Shown one piece after another: positions 20,395 through 31,032 of a DNA stretch of 64,000 nt (position 1 is its first letter; each line of letters starts with the position of its first letter). The stretch covers positions 384,001 through 448,000 of the forward strand of contig OZ219917.1 of assembly GCA_964291415.2 (NCBI GenBank), given 5' to 3'. The position numbers and the translations under genes were made by a program. The notes beneath the pieces were generated by a model, which saw only the letters and a list, made by a program, of their open reading frames with translations, was not told the DNA's origin and searched no databases. This DNA comes from Alphaproteobacteria bacterium. GTDB taxonomy: Bacteria > Pseudomonadota > Alphaproteobacteria > SP197.

Positions 20395-20939
20395 CGGTGC
20401 CGCTGCCTCGCGGACGTCACGACCGAGGCCACCGGTACGCCCTGGCTTCATGGCGGGAGGCAGCCGGAGCTCTCTCTTTCGAGCCTCTCCCTGATGGCGT
20501 CCCGCGAAGCAATGGCGAGGGACATTGCGAGACCGTGGTCCTCACCCAAGCGGTGCCCCTCTCTCGCGCCTGAACACCGAAGACAAGGCAGGTGGCTCAC
20601 CGGAGCGCGACAACATCCGACACAGGGTCTCGACGTGCTGCACGTCGCACGCGGGACCGCGAACACCCAACGCGCAGTCGACGTCTTCGCGGCCAGGCGC
20701 CGCCAGGACCTTCGACATCCTCGACGGGCCACTGCGTGGAGGGTCTCGACAGGGCCGGCTGGAACGGCACTCCATCAGCGTCCCGACCCGGCGAAGGGAC
20801 TCGCTTTGATGCCGTCCACGCCAACCCTGACAACGAGTGGCCATGTCGGCGGCGTAAGGGTCTCCGCATATGATCCGGAAACTGGCGGTCCGGGACAGTG
20901 GTAGGCTGCGAAGCAGCGGAATCGGCAGGGAAGACCGTG

Positions 20940-22298
20940 ATGCGGCAACGAATTGCCGTCGTGGGCGGCGGGGTTTCAGGTCTGGGCGCCGCGTGGGCGC
21001 TGCATCATCGTCCGGATCGATTTGACTTCCGGATCTACGAAGCCCAGGAACAGATCGGCGGGAACGCCGTTACGGTCGACATGCCTCAGGACGACGGAAG
21101 CTCTGTCCCCTTCGACATTTCGGTCACCGCCATGATCCCGTCGGTGTACAGGCATGTCCTGCTGCTGATGGAGCAGTTTGGCATCGAGCTGGTCGATACC
21201 AGGTTCAACTACAGCGTGGGGTACGGCGGCCAGGTCTACGCCCATGATTTCGACTCCGAGTTGAGGGAAGAGTTGCGATCCGAGATCGCCAAGTTCCGGC
21301 GACTCCTGCGGCGCCTGCACCGGATCGGCTGGCTCAGCCGTTGTCAGTCCAAGTTTCTGAACGCCCTCAACCCGTTCAACTACGTCAGCATGCGGACGGT
21401 CCTGGACCTGGGCGGGTTCTCCGAGGACTTCAGGTACAAGATCCTGAAGCCGATGTTCATCAACTTCGTGCTGGCGACGAATGTGTACGACCTGCCCGCA
21501 GCACTCTTCTCGAGGTACCTGGAATTCTTTGACATCCAGACAGCAACGCCGATGTGGACGTGGGACCAGGGAACGCGACGCATATACGAGAACCTGTCCG
21601 CCGGCTTTCAGGACAAGATCTATCGCAACCGGCGCGTCTCGAGGGTCTATCGGGAGGCGGCCGGCGTCGTGATCGAAGACGGACAGGGCGTGAAGGAGAC
21701 ATTCGACGAGGTGATCTTCGCGTGCGGCGCGGATCAAACCCTGAAAATCCTCGATCGCCCGACCCGGCTTGAACGCTACATCCTGTCGTCAATCCGCTAT
21801 GACAGCGCCATCCACGGGCACGCGGTCGTCCACTGGGACTCTTCGGTCCTTCCGGACGACGAGATGAAGGCCTTGACAACCCGGACAAATCACATCGAAC
21901 AGTACGGAACGGAGCCGGACAACTACGAAGTCACGTACATCATTCACAACCAGCAGCTCTGGGCCAGACGATCGGACAAGCCCTGCCTGGTGACCTACAA
22001 TCCGGTCCATCCCATCGACGACGACAAGATCATCAAGCAGTGCCGGTTTCGACACGTCGTCCACGACGTGCGCCAGGTCGCGCTGCTCGTCTACCTGTTT
22101 CGCTTCATCCAGGGCAGGCGACGCACGTGGCACTGCGGCGCGCACACGCTGGTCAACAGCCAGGAAACCTGCTTCATCACCGGTCTGGCCGCCGCCAGAC
22201 AGCTGGGCGCTGACTATCCCTTCAGCGACCCGGCAGCGAGACGCACGTTCAACTACTACGGAAGCATCCTGCACGGATCGCGCTTTCGGCGAGCGTAG
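20940..22298 (+). CDS. FAD-dependent oxidoreductase (amine oxidase/fatty-acid-modifying type)
   Basis: RIAVVGGGVSGLGAAW dinucleotide-binding motif, YEAQEQIGGNA, FDEVIFAC, C-terminal QGRRRTWHCGA. Confidence 0.8.
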   Translation: MRQRIAVVGGGVSGLGAAWALHHRPDRFDFRIYEAQEQIGGNAVTVDMPQDDGSSVPFDISVTAMIPSVYRHVLLLMEQFGIELVDTRFNYSVGYGGQVYAHDFDSELREELRSEIAKFRRLLRRLHRIGWLSRCQSKFLNALNPFNYVSMRTVLDLGGFSEDFRYKILKPMFINFVLATNVYDLPAALFSRYLEFFDIQTATPMWTWDQGTRRIYENLSAGFQDKIYRNRRVSRVYREAAGVVIEDGQGVKETFDEVIFACGADQTLKILDRPTRLERYILSSIRYDSAIHGHAVVHWDSSVLPDDEMKALTTRTNHIEQYGTEPDNYEVTYIIHNQQLWARRSDKPCLVTYNPVHPIDDDKIIKQCRFRHVVHDVRQVALLVYLFRFIQGRRRTWHCGAHTLVNSQETCFITGLAAARQLGADYPFSDPAARRTFNYYGSILHGSRFRRA

Positions 22299-22397
22299 TC
22301 GCACCGACCGTGCGATCAGGGAGCGGTCCGCCCCACCCTGGCACCGCGCGCTGCCGCGCAGCGGAGGTGAATGACAGGATGGCGATCCTGTGCGCCG

Positions 22398-23480
22398 CTA
22401 GCCATCCCCGCCGACGCACTCATGCGGATAGAACTGCCTGCAATAGCGCCGGTACTCGCCGATGTTGCCGTCGGAGCGACTCAACCGGGGATGAGGCCGG
22501 TACTGACGTCGTTGCCAGATCACGACATCCTGTTGCACATCCTTCATCTGCGCGGAAATCATCAGCTTGTTCATGATTCTCGTGCGAAGCCCCGGCGGCA
22601 GGAATCCGAGACCGACGATCAGCCGCTTGGGCCTTCGTATCTCCCGGATCTGACTGGCCAGCGACAGATCAACCAACGTGCCGTCGACAGGTGTGGCCAA
22701 GACCCACAGGCGGAGATCCATGCCAATGGAATGCTCCCGGATGTCGACGTACGAGTATCCCAGTCCATGGACGTGGGTGGTGGCTGACACACGATAGGCG
22801 CTGTCGACAAACCCCGCGATGAGGCGGTGGCGGATGAAATCGAAACGGGCGAGCAGGTGCGCACCGTCAACCGTGGTCGATCCCACAGGCTGCACGTTGC
22901 CGTAGCCATGTACATACCGCAGGTGGGCGAGATCCACGGAATTCTCCGCGATTTCCTGCACATGGCCGACGAATCGGACGGTCCGGATTTCCAGACCGCA
23001 CCAGTCGCGTTCGACCGGTGGCGCTTCCGGCAGGTGCCATTGCGGCGGCCTGCCTGTGGCGCTCCACCAGGCAAAGACGAGGTCTTGAATGATCCGCGTG
23101 TCATAGGTGTTGAGCGCCAGGAATCTCGGCGGCGGTGCGTACGGGGTCGCGACACAGTTGCCGACGATATCGTAGGTGAAACCATGAAAGGGACAGACGA
23201 GACAGCCATCACGCACGCGGCCGCCGACGGTCGGACCCAATGCGGAACCCAGGTGCGGACACACCGACTGCGCCACGCAGACGGTCCCGTCGTCGTCGCT
23301 CCATGCGACGATGTCCTGTCCGAGCCACTGCCTTTCAAGCAGCTTCTCCCTGGTCAGGGAGTGCCGGCTTGCGACGAAGTACCAACCCTCGGGAAAGGGG
23401 AAGAGAGCGTCCGCCCGGTCAGCCACGCTGCCATCGCCGTTCTTGTCCTGACATGTTCGTGGCACGGTTGACGCCGCCAT
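22398..23480 (-). CDS. Rieske 2Fe-2S oxygenase, cholesterol 7-desaturase (Neverland)/KshA-like
   Basis: FPEGWYFV, Rieske CPH..CPFH, mononuclear iron motif ENSVDLAHLRYVH, C-terminal QDVVIW. Start uncertain. Confidence 0.75.
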   Translation of the reverse strand: MAASTVPRTCQDKNGDGSVADRADALFPFPEGWYFVASRHSLTREKLLERQWLGQDIVAWSDDDGTVCVAQSVCPHLGSALGPTVGGRVRDGCLVCPFHGFTYDIVGNCVATPYAPPPRFLALNTYDTRIIQDLVFAWWSATGRPPQWHLPEAPPVERDWCGLEIRTVRFVGHVQEIAENSVDLAHLRYVHGYGNVQPVGSTTVDGAHLLARFDFIRHRLIAGFVDSAYRVSATTHVHGLGYSYVDIREHSIGMDLRLWVLATPVDGTLVDLSLASQIREIRRPKRLIVGLGFLPPGLRTRIMNKLMISAQMKDVQQDVVIWQRRQYRPHPRLSRSDGNIGEYRRYCRQFYPHECVGGDG

Positions 23481-24309
23481 CACAAGGGACTGGAAAGACC
23501 GAAGCACGTGGTCACCCCACGCCCGGCACGGGTTGACACTCCATCTCCGCCGTATCGAACGAGGTTCAAGGCAAACCGCCCCGACTGCGAGTCCGGCTTC
23601 CAGCCCACGATTCTAAGGGGCACCGACATGCCATGACAACAAGCTGCGACGTGGTCGCCAAGTGGCGTCCGGAGCCGGCGCCCGGCTGTTCGTTCAGCAG
23701 CTTGAGATGGCGCGTCTCGCGCCGTGTCTCCGTGGCCATGGGGTCGGTCAGGGCCTCGACGAGCCTTGAATGCCAGCGGGTCCGCTCCTCGTCCAGCCCC
23801 GCATCGAGGGTCTTGCCAGGGGCGTTCACCGCGGCGGTCTCGGCCAGTCGCCTCAGCCTGGTCAGCTTCGCGCCGGACGCGAGAATCCTGGCCAGCACCT
23901 GGTTGCGTTCTGGACACGGCCTGGTGCCGCGGCGCCTCCCTTGAGCAGGAAGCGGGTCGCCTCGACGCGAGCCGAGGGCCCCCTGGTGAGTTGGTGTGCC
24001 GAGTGACCAGTCTGTCATCGCGTCGCGGAGCAGGATCGCCGGCGGTGAGGAACGGATGGCGGCGGCCTCGATCTGCATGATGACTCAGAAGAGGAGTTGT
24101 TCCAGCCATGTCACTCAACAGTACTCCCATAGATGGGTACACTCCATCGACCGGAGACGTCCGGACGAACAAGGCCAAATCAACGAGTTGACGTGAATGC
24201 CAGTTGAAAGCAAGAGAAAAGACCGGGCTCAGGCAGCAGGGGATTGCCCATGGCAGGGGCGTGGGCAAGATGCTATACGTGAGTCTCGCGCCCGGGCCAG
24301 CACTTCGTC

Positions 24310-26637
24310 ATGACACTCGATTCCTGCATTGCGCTCGTCGTCGGTCGCCGGTGGCTGACCATCGTGCTCTCGCTGGTCGGGATGCTGGCCCTTGCTGCAG
24401 GCGCCCAGTACATCACGGTCGTTGATGTCGACGTGCGGAATCACTTTGGCGAGGATGACCCGCACATCGTCGCACTTGAAGAGCTGGAAGACTCCTACTC
24501 CCTCTCCGACACTGCGCTGGTGGTCGTGGCGCCGCAGAGCGGTACGGTTTTCACGCCGGAAGCCCTCGTCGCCATCGAAGAGCTGACCGATCAGCTATGG
24601 CGAACGCCGTACGTCACGCGCGTTGATTCGATCACAAACTATACGCACAGCGAGGGTCTCGAAGACGAGCTGATAGTCGCCCCCCTGATCGACGACAGCA
24701 GTTCCCTGAGCGACAGCGATATCGAACGAATTCGGACAATTGCGCTCGGTACCGAAGAGGTCGCAGGGCGTTTCGTTTCCAAGGATGGCCGCGTTGCCGG
24801 ACTGGTCGTCAGTGTTGTGCTCCCCGAGGACCGGCAGCAGGGACGGTTTGCGGTTACCGATTTCCTCCACGGTACGGCCGCCGAAGCGAGAGAGCGGTAC
24901 CCGACCATCGACTACCACCTGACCGGCGAACTCGTCCTCAACCGCGCCATGAAGCAGGCGATTGACGATGACATGGGCGTCCTCGCGCCCATCGCGCTCG
25001 GGACCATGCTGCTCGTCGCCCTCGTTCTGCTGCGCTCGCTTTGGGGAATGGCGGCGGTTCTCGTGATGCTGATCGCGGTCATGCTGTCCGCGTTGGGCTT
25101 CACCGGATGGGCCGGACTGAAGCTGTTCGGCGAGAGCGGCGCGGCGTTGTTCGTCCTGATGGCGGTCACCGTCGCGCATTCGGTGCACATTATCGAGGGA
25201 GTGCGAGGGGGGCTGCGCCGGGGCATGGACCGTCGACAGGCAGCGGTTCATTCACTGCAGGTCAACGTGTGGCCGGTTCTCCTGACATCGGTGACGACCG
25301 CAATCGGCTTTCTCAGCCTGAACTTTGCGGACATGCCGCCGTTTCGGGTGATGGGCAACATGGTGGCATTTGGCGCAATGGCTGCCTTCGTCTTTTCGGT
25401 CACGTTGCTGCCCGCATTCCTGACGGTTGTGCCGATCCGCAGCGGGCCTGCACACTCGAGAGAGGCAGCCCTCTTCGACCGCCTGGCGCGGTTCGTCATT
25501 TCCTACCGTACGGCCCTGCTGTGGTCTGTCGCCGCCGTGATGGTCGTGCTCATCGCCGGGATCTCGCGAATTGAGCTTCACGAGAACTGGCTTGAGCTGC
25601 TTGATGAGAGTTACGAGTTCCGGAGATCCACGGATTTCGTGAGCGAGAACTTCACTGGCGTCGAAACGTACGAGTATTCGCTCAACTCCGGCCGGGAGAG
25701 CGGGGTCACGGATGTCGATTTTCTGCGGCAGGTGGATGCCTTTGCGGAGTGGAGTCGGGCGCAGCCGGAAGTTGCCCACGTCTTCGCCATCTCCGACATC
25801 ATGAAGCGCCTGAACATGAACCTGCACGGCGACGATCCCGACTACTACGTGATCCCGGATGATTCCGACCTCGCTGCGCAGTACCTGCTGCTCTACGAGT
25901 TCTCCCTTCCGGTCGGCCGCGACCTGAACAACCTCATCAACGTGGAACGGTCTTCGACGCGCGCGACGGTCATGCTGAAGAGCCTCACGACCAGTGAGAA
26001 GGTGGACCTCGACAACCGCACGCAAGCCTGGTTCCGGGAGAACGCGCCGGATCTGGAAACCCAGGCGACGGGCGTTTCCGTTGTCGGGGCCCATTCCATT
26101 CAACGGAACATCGAGGGCATGCTGCAGGGCACGATCGTGGCCATGGCCATCGTGTCCCTGCTCCTGCTCTTCGTTTTCAGAAGCGTGCGCCTCGGCCTGA
26201 TCAGCCTGGTCCCGAATTTCGTGCCGGCCGCCATGGCGATGGGCATTTGGGGATATCTGGTAGGAGAGGTCGGCGTCGCGGCGTCGGTCGTCACCGCCAT
26301 TGCGTTCGGCATCATCGTGGACGACACGATCCACTTCATGACCAAGTATGTCGACGCCAGGAAACGCGGGCAGTTGCCGTCGGAATCCGTCCAGTCCGCC
26401 TTTGGTGCGGTCGGCAAGGCGCTGGCCGCGACCACAGTTGTGTTCGCGCTGGGATTCATGGTGTTCGGAGCGTCGGGAATGGTGACCAACCAGGCGCTCG
26501 GCCTGCTCGTCGGGATCACGGTCATCATTGCCCTGTTGGCGGATTTCCTGTTCCTTCCGCCGCTGCTGATGGCGCTTGACACGACGAAAGAAACAACCGC
26601 GCAAATCAGGGAACGCCTGAAGCGGTCGAACGACTAG
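24310..26637 (+). CDS. MMPL/RND family transporter
   Basis: 775 aa; two repeats of transmembrane segments plus periplasmic domain; TSVTTAIGFLSL, GIIVDDTIHF, LPPLL. Confidence 0.88.
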   Translation: MTLDSCIALVVGRRWLTIVLSLVGMLALAAGAQYITVVDVDVRNHFGEDDPHIVALEELEDSYSLSDTALVVVAPQSGTVFTPEALVAIEELTDQLWRTPYVTRVDSITNYTHSEGLEDELIVAPLIDDSSSLSDSDIERIRTIALGTEEVAGRFVSKDGRVAGLVVSVVLPEDRQQGRFAVTDFLHGTAAEARERYPTIDYHLTGELVLNRAMKQAIDDDMGVLAPIALGTMLLVALVLLRSLWGMAAVLVMLIAVMLSALGFTGWAGLKLFGESGAALFVLMAVTVAHSVHIIEGVRGGLRRGMDRRQAAVHSLQVNVWPVLLTSVTTAIGFLSLNFADMPPFRVMGNMVAFGAMAAFVFSVTLLPAFLTVVPIRSGPAHSREAALFDRLARFVISYRTALLWSVAAVMVVLIAGISRIELHENWLELLDESYEFRRSTDFVSENFTGVETYEYSLNSGRESGVTDVDFLRQVDAFAEWSRAQPEVAHVFAISDIMKRLNMNLHGDDPDYYVIPDDSDLAAQYLLLYEFSLPVGRDLNNLINVERSSTRATVMLKSLTTSEKVDLDNRTQAWFRENAPDLETQATGVSVVGAHSIQRNIEGMLQGTIVAMAIVSLLLLFVFRSVRLGLISLVPNFVPAAMAMGIWGYLVGEVGVAASVVTAIAFGIIVDDTIHFMTKYVDARKRGQLPSESVQSAFGAVGKALAATTVVFALGFMVFGASGMVTNQALGLLVGITVIIALLADFLFLPPLLMALDTTKETTAQIRERLKRSND

Positions 26638-27266
26638 GCACGCAAGCTGCGTTGTCCCGGCTGAATTGCCGAGGGGACGCCACGTTCACACGCAAACTGC
26701 AGCCGTGGGCTGGTGTTTGGACTTGCCGCGCCCCGCCCCTTTCGGGTCGTGTGGCAGGCACGACCCTGATTGACGGGAATGCACGCCGCTCTTCGACAGC
26801 CCTGAACTTCAGGCCGCGCTTCGGTGTCGTCGAAGGAAGCGGGTTGAGCCGGACTTGTCGTTCGGAGGATACACGTCGAGCCGTGAAGCAACGCGCGATC
26901 AACAGCACGTTGACGGCCTGTTGCAGGTGCATCCGGCGCCTTGCGAGACAGGTATGCGTGCGCAGCCCACAGGGTGCGAGCTCGGGGCTTTGGCGTTCAC
27001 GGCGTGGCGGCAGATGGAGATCGATATCCGATGCGGGCTCTTCTTGCGGCACGGCGAGCGGGTCCGCCGCCCTTCCCATCGGACGGTCGACACCGCAACA
27101 GGCCGAGTCCGGCCGCCAGGCCCCTGACCGGCGGCACCTTGTCGCTGTCCGGCACAATACCTATAGTCGGGGTACGGCCTAGAGGGCGGACCGGAGACGA
27201 GTCGGCCATGCTTCTTCATGCTGCGGATACGTGCCTGCCGCCTGCGTACCTGGACATGAGACAGCG

Positions 27267-28079
27267 ATGACTTACACAGAATACTCCCGAATGCCGGCCA
27301 TGTTCCTGGCGGGCATGATGTGTCTGGCCACCGGCACGCCTGCTGTTGCCGAGGACGCGAGCGCCCAGGAGCGCGGTCTCCAGATTGCCCTCGAAGCGCG
27401 TGAACGCAGCGAGGGCTTCGGCAACTTCTCGGCCAGTCTGACGATGGTGCTGCGCACCAAACAGGGTCAGGAAACCGAGCGTCATCTCAGGATCAAGACC
27501 CTGGAGGTCATCGACGGAGGCGACAAGACGGTCTTCATCTTCGACGAGCCGCGCGACGTCAGGGGAACGGCGTTTCTCATTCACACCAACCGTGACAAGT
27601 CAGACGACATCTGGCTGTTCCTACCGGCCCTCGAACGGGTCAAGCGGATCAGTTCGTCCAACCGCTCGGGATCCTTCATGGGCAGCGAATTCGCCTACGA
27701 GGACATCACCGATCAGGTCGTCGAGAAGTTCACCTACCGCTACCTGAACGACGAGCCCTGCGGCGACCTCGTCTGCACGGTGATCGAACGCGTGCCCCTG
27801 GAAGAGGACTCGGGCTACAGCCGGCAACTGATCTGGCACGATACCGAGGAGTACAGGTCCTGGAAGGTCGAGTTCTACGATCGCAGAAACGAGCTGCTGA
27901 AGACGCTGACGGCGGCCGACTACGAACTCCACCTCGAACGATTCTGGTACGCCGGACAACAGACGATGGTCAACCATCGCACCGGCAAGAGCACGGTCAT
28001 GTCCTGGGTGGACCTGCAGCTGGGGGTCGAACTCGATGAGCGCGACTTCACGCGGACCGGTCTGAAGCGTCTTCGCTGA
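27267..28079 (+). CDS. Outer membrane lipoprotein-sorting (LolA-like) protein
   Basis: Signal peptide; FDEPRDVRGTAFL, WLFLPALERVKRI, FMGSEFAYED, FYDRRNELLKT. Confidence 0.82.
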   Translation: MTYTEYSRMPAMFLAGMMCLATGTPAVAEDASAQERGLQIALEARERSEGFGNFSASLTMVLRTKQGQETERHLRIKTLEVIDGGDKTVFIFDEPRDVRGTAFLIHTNRDKSDDIWLFLPALERVKRISSSNRSGSFMGSEFAYEDITDQVVEKFTYRYLNDEPCGDLVCTVIERVPLEEDSGYSRQLIWHDTEEYRSWKVEFYDRRNELLKTLTAADYELHLERFWYAGQQTMVNHRTGKSTVMSWVDLQLGVELDERDFTRTGLKRLR

Positions 28080-29355
28080 TGCCCCTCGGATCCTTTCTCC
28101 GCCGCAGCCTTTCCGGTCTCGTCGTTGTTGCGGTTGCGTGTCCGGCCATGGGCCGGGCCGACGATTCCATCATCGATTACCACGAGTTCTACGGCACCTT
28201 CAGCATGGAGAACCGATGGTTTCCGGAGTCCCCCGCCCATGCCGGCCAGAGCGATGCCGATACAACCTTCGTTGCCGAACCGTCGCTCTACCTGGAGACC
28301 GCCGACGGCACGAGCTTCACTCTCGAGACGTTCTTTCGCTACGACAGCGCGGACTCCGAACGCCACCTTGCGGACGTGCGCGAGGCCTATCTGCTGTTAC
28401 TGGGCCCGCTCGGAGACGACGAGTGGGAACTGCGGCTGGGCTTCGACCACGTCTTCTGGGGGGTCGCCGAGTCCCGCCATCTCGTCGACATCATCAATCA
28501 GACGGATCTCGTCGCCAATCCGAACGAGGAGGTCAAGCTCGGCCAGCCCATGGCCCACGTGACAGTGTCCGGCGATTGGGGGGTGGCGGAACTTTTCGCG
28601 CTTCCGTGGCACCGGCCTCGCACCTATCCGGGCCGTGATGGCCGCCTGCGCGGCGAGTTCGTCGTCGACAACGACCGGCTGCAGTACGAGAGCGCCGCCG
28701 GTGAACGGCACCTCGACCTCGCGGCACGCTACAGCCACAGCTTCGGGCCCTTCGATATCGGATTGAGCGTCTTCGACGGCACGAGCCGGGAGCCCTATCT
28801 CGATCCGGTGCTCGAGTGCGGTCCGGTGCCCGATCCTGCGCGGTGCCGCGTGACCCTGGTGCCCCTCTACGAGCAGATCCGGCAGTTCGGGCTGGATGCG
28901 CAGATGACGACCGGGGGCTGGCTGCTGAAGCTCGAGGCCATCGGCGCACCGGTGCGAGCGACCTGTTCGGCCGGAAGGAGGACTTCACGGCCTTCGTCGC
29001 CGGCGGCGAATACACCTTCTACTCCGTGCTCGAGTCCGATATCGACCTTGGGCTGCTGGCCGAATGGAATCGCGACAGCCGGCTCCGGCGGGCGAGCAAC
29101 GTGTTCCAGAACGACGTGTTCCTGGGCTCCAGGCTTGCGTTCAACGACGTCGAGGGCACCGACCTCTTCTTCGGCGTCCTGACCGATCTCGATACCGGCA
29201 CACGCTCGTTCAACGTCCAGATGAACAGGCGCCTCAACGACGATCTTTCGCTTAACATCGAGGGATCCCTCTTCGACAACGTCGGCGAGGACGACCCGAT
29301 ATACGCCTCTCGCCGGGACAGTTTCATCGCCGTGAATCTCACCTACGGTTTCTGA
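28079..29355 (+). pseudogene. Outer-membrane beta-barrel-type protein with a 1-nt frameshift near 28942 (pseudogene or assembly error)
   Basis: Signal peptide, DVREAY, VFWGVAESRHLVDIINQ. The frame changes after LKLEAI, and the second frame ends in a barrel-type C-terminus (VNLTYGF). Confidence 0.7.
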
Positions 29356-29579
29356 GCCTCCCGCGAGCCGTACATCGGGAATCGGCCAGCCGACGTCCAC
29401 ACCGACCGGCGCAGCGCACGCAGCACCGCGCTCTTCACTCCTCAACAGGGGCGCATCCGTGCGAACCCGGTTCGACAGCACAGGTTGCCACGCTCGGGCA
29501 GGTCCGAATGCCTCTCGACAGCAATGTGCGGGGTTTGAGTGCAGAGGAATGTTCGGTGAGATCACCGATGGTCTCGTTC

Positions 29580-30773
29580 TCAGGGTGGTCGGGCCTCATG
29601 GCCGGCATCTCGCGCGTGCGCGTGCGGTATCTTCTTTGACTGCCGGATCTCGCGGATGAGAATGGCGAGAAAGAGTGCGCTCAGGAAGGCGGCGAGCAGG
29701 GGCATGCCGTCCGGCCCCACCAGTTCCATGGCGCCGCCGCTCAGGGCTGGCGCGATGAAACTCCCGGAAGCCCACAGGAACATGAAGCACGTGGTGATGC
29801 CGACAAGTTCGCCGCCCTTGAATCGCTGGCCCATCATCGCGAGCGCGACCGTGTAGGTGCTGCCGACCGTGGCGCCCATGAGGCCCAGCACGACAACGCT
29901 CAGGACGGGATTGCCGGTCACGATGGGCAACACGAGGAGCATCGCGAGCGCGATGGCGATGCAGCCGGCAATGACCTTCGTGCGATCGATGCGATCGGCC
30001 AGCCAGCCGACGGGAAACTGGCCGAGCACGGCTCCGCCGATGAAACTCGCGAGCAGCAGTCCGGCAGCCGCTTCGTCGAGCCCTTTTCGCATGCCGTAGA
30101 CCACCAGCAGCGCCAGAACCGACTCGTCGATCAGGCCGAACATGAACGCGGCCACCATCAGGACCGGCGCGATGCGGATGAAGTGCACCAGGCGCGCCCT
30201 GTGTTCACCGGTGATGGCGAGCGTGGTGCCGCGCCCGAACACCAGGATCGAGAGACCGGCAGCGATCACCACGAGACCGACGTGGAGCGCAAGCCAGCTG
30301 TCGGTGCCCAGAAAGCCGATCGCGAGAGGTCCGACGGCGAAGCCGCCGTGCTGGAAAACGGCCGCAATGGCGAGCGTCCTGCCGCGGCGTTTCTCCTCGG
30401 CGATCTGATTGAGCCAGATATCTCCTGCCGTGAAGACCATCTCGGAAAAGAAACCCAGGAGGAAGCGCAGGGGAAACCAGATCCAGACGTTGGGAAAGAC
30501 AGGAAGCAGGGCGATGGTGATCAGCATCCCTGCTCCGCCGACCGCGATGACACGCAGCAGGCCGAAACGCTTGATGAGCCCTGGCGCCACGGGGACCAGG
30601 AACAGGATGGCCATCATCTGCACGGCGGCGTTCAGGCCGTTGAGCCAGACGGGAACGCCCTGGTTCTCGAGCCAGATGCCGAGAAACGGCATGGTGAGGC
30701 CCAATGTCGCGGTCACCGTGATGGTCGCGGCGATGCATGCGATCAAGCCACGTCGACGCTGTCTGGGTGTCAT
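29580..30773 (-). CDS. MFS transporter
   Basis: About 12 hydrophobic segments, GWLADRIDR motif; GGAGGG RBS before ATG 30773. Confidence 0.88.
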   Translation of the reverse strand: MTPRQRRRGLIACIAATITVTATLGLTMPFLGIWLENQGVPVWLNGLNAAVQMMAILFLVPVAPGLIKRFGLLRVIAVGGAGMLITIALLPVFPNVWIWFPLRFLLGFFSEMVFTAGDIWLNQIAEEKRRGRTLAIAAVFQHGGFAVGPLAIGFLGTDSWLALHVGLVVIAAGLSILVFGRGTTLAITGEHRARLVHFIRIAPVLMVAAFMFGLIDESVLALLVVYGMRKGLDEAAAGLLLASFIGGAVLGQFPVGWLADRIDRTKVIAGCIAIALAMLLVLPIVTGNPVLSVVVLGLMGATVGSTYTVALAMMGQRFKGGELVGITTCFMFLWASGSFIAPALSGGAMELVGPDGMPLLAAFLSALFLAILIREIRQSKKIPHAHARDAGHEARPP

Positions 30774-31032
30774 GCGCCCTCCCTGCGCTGTCCCTAGAGC
30801 GTGTCGTCTTGGAGGACAAGGAAAGTGTCCGGGCACAGGGTCGACAGCCGTGGTGACCCCGAAAGCGGTTCGCAGGCGACAGACGAAGGTCATGAATGCG
30901 GAAGGCGCGCAATGGTTCGTCGTTCCGCTCGAGACGGTTGAGAAGGCGATCTGCGCGCGGCAGACTTCGCCCTCTGCAAGCCGGGCGCTGGCCCGGTCGC
31001 CGGGTGGCGATGCGACACGGAGTGCCTCAACG

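Noticed and set aside
20451-20460. TGGCGGGAGG as a possible att duplicate of the tRNA-Ser 3' end
   Set aside because: Too short and gapped to be significant in GC-rich DNA.
30820-30960. GGAAAGTGTCCGGGC resembling the RNase P RNA 5' motif, and a WFVVPLETVEKAI patch resembling T5orf172/GIY-YIG C-termini
   Set aside because: The RNase P motif is interrupted and its 3' conserved partner is absent; the peptide patch is too short to assign.
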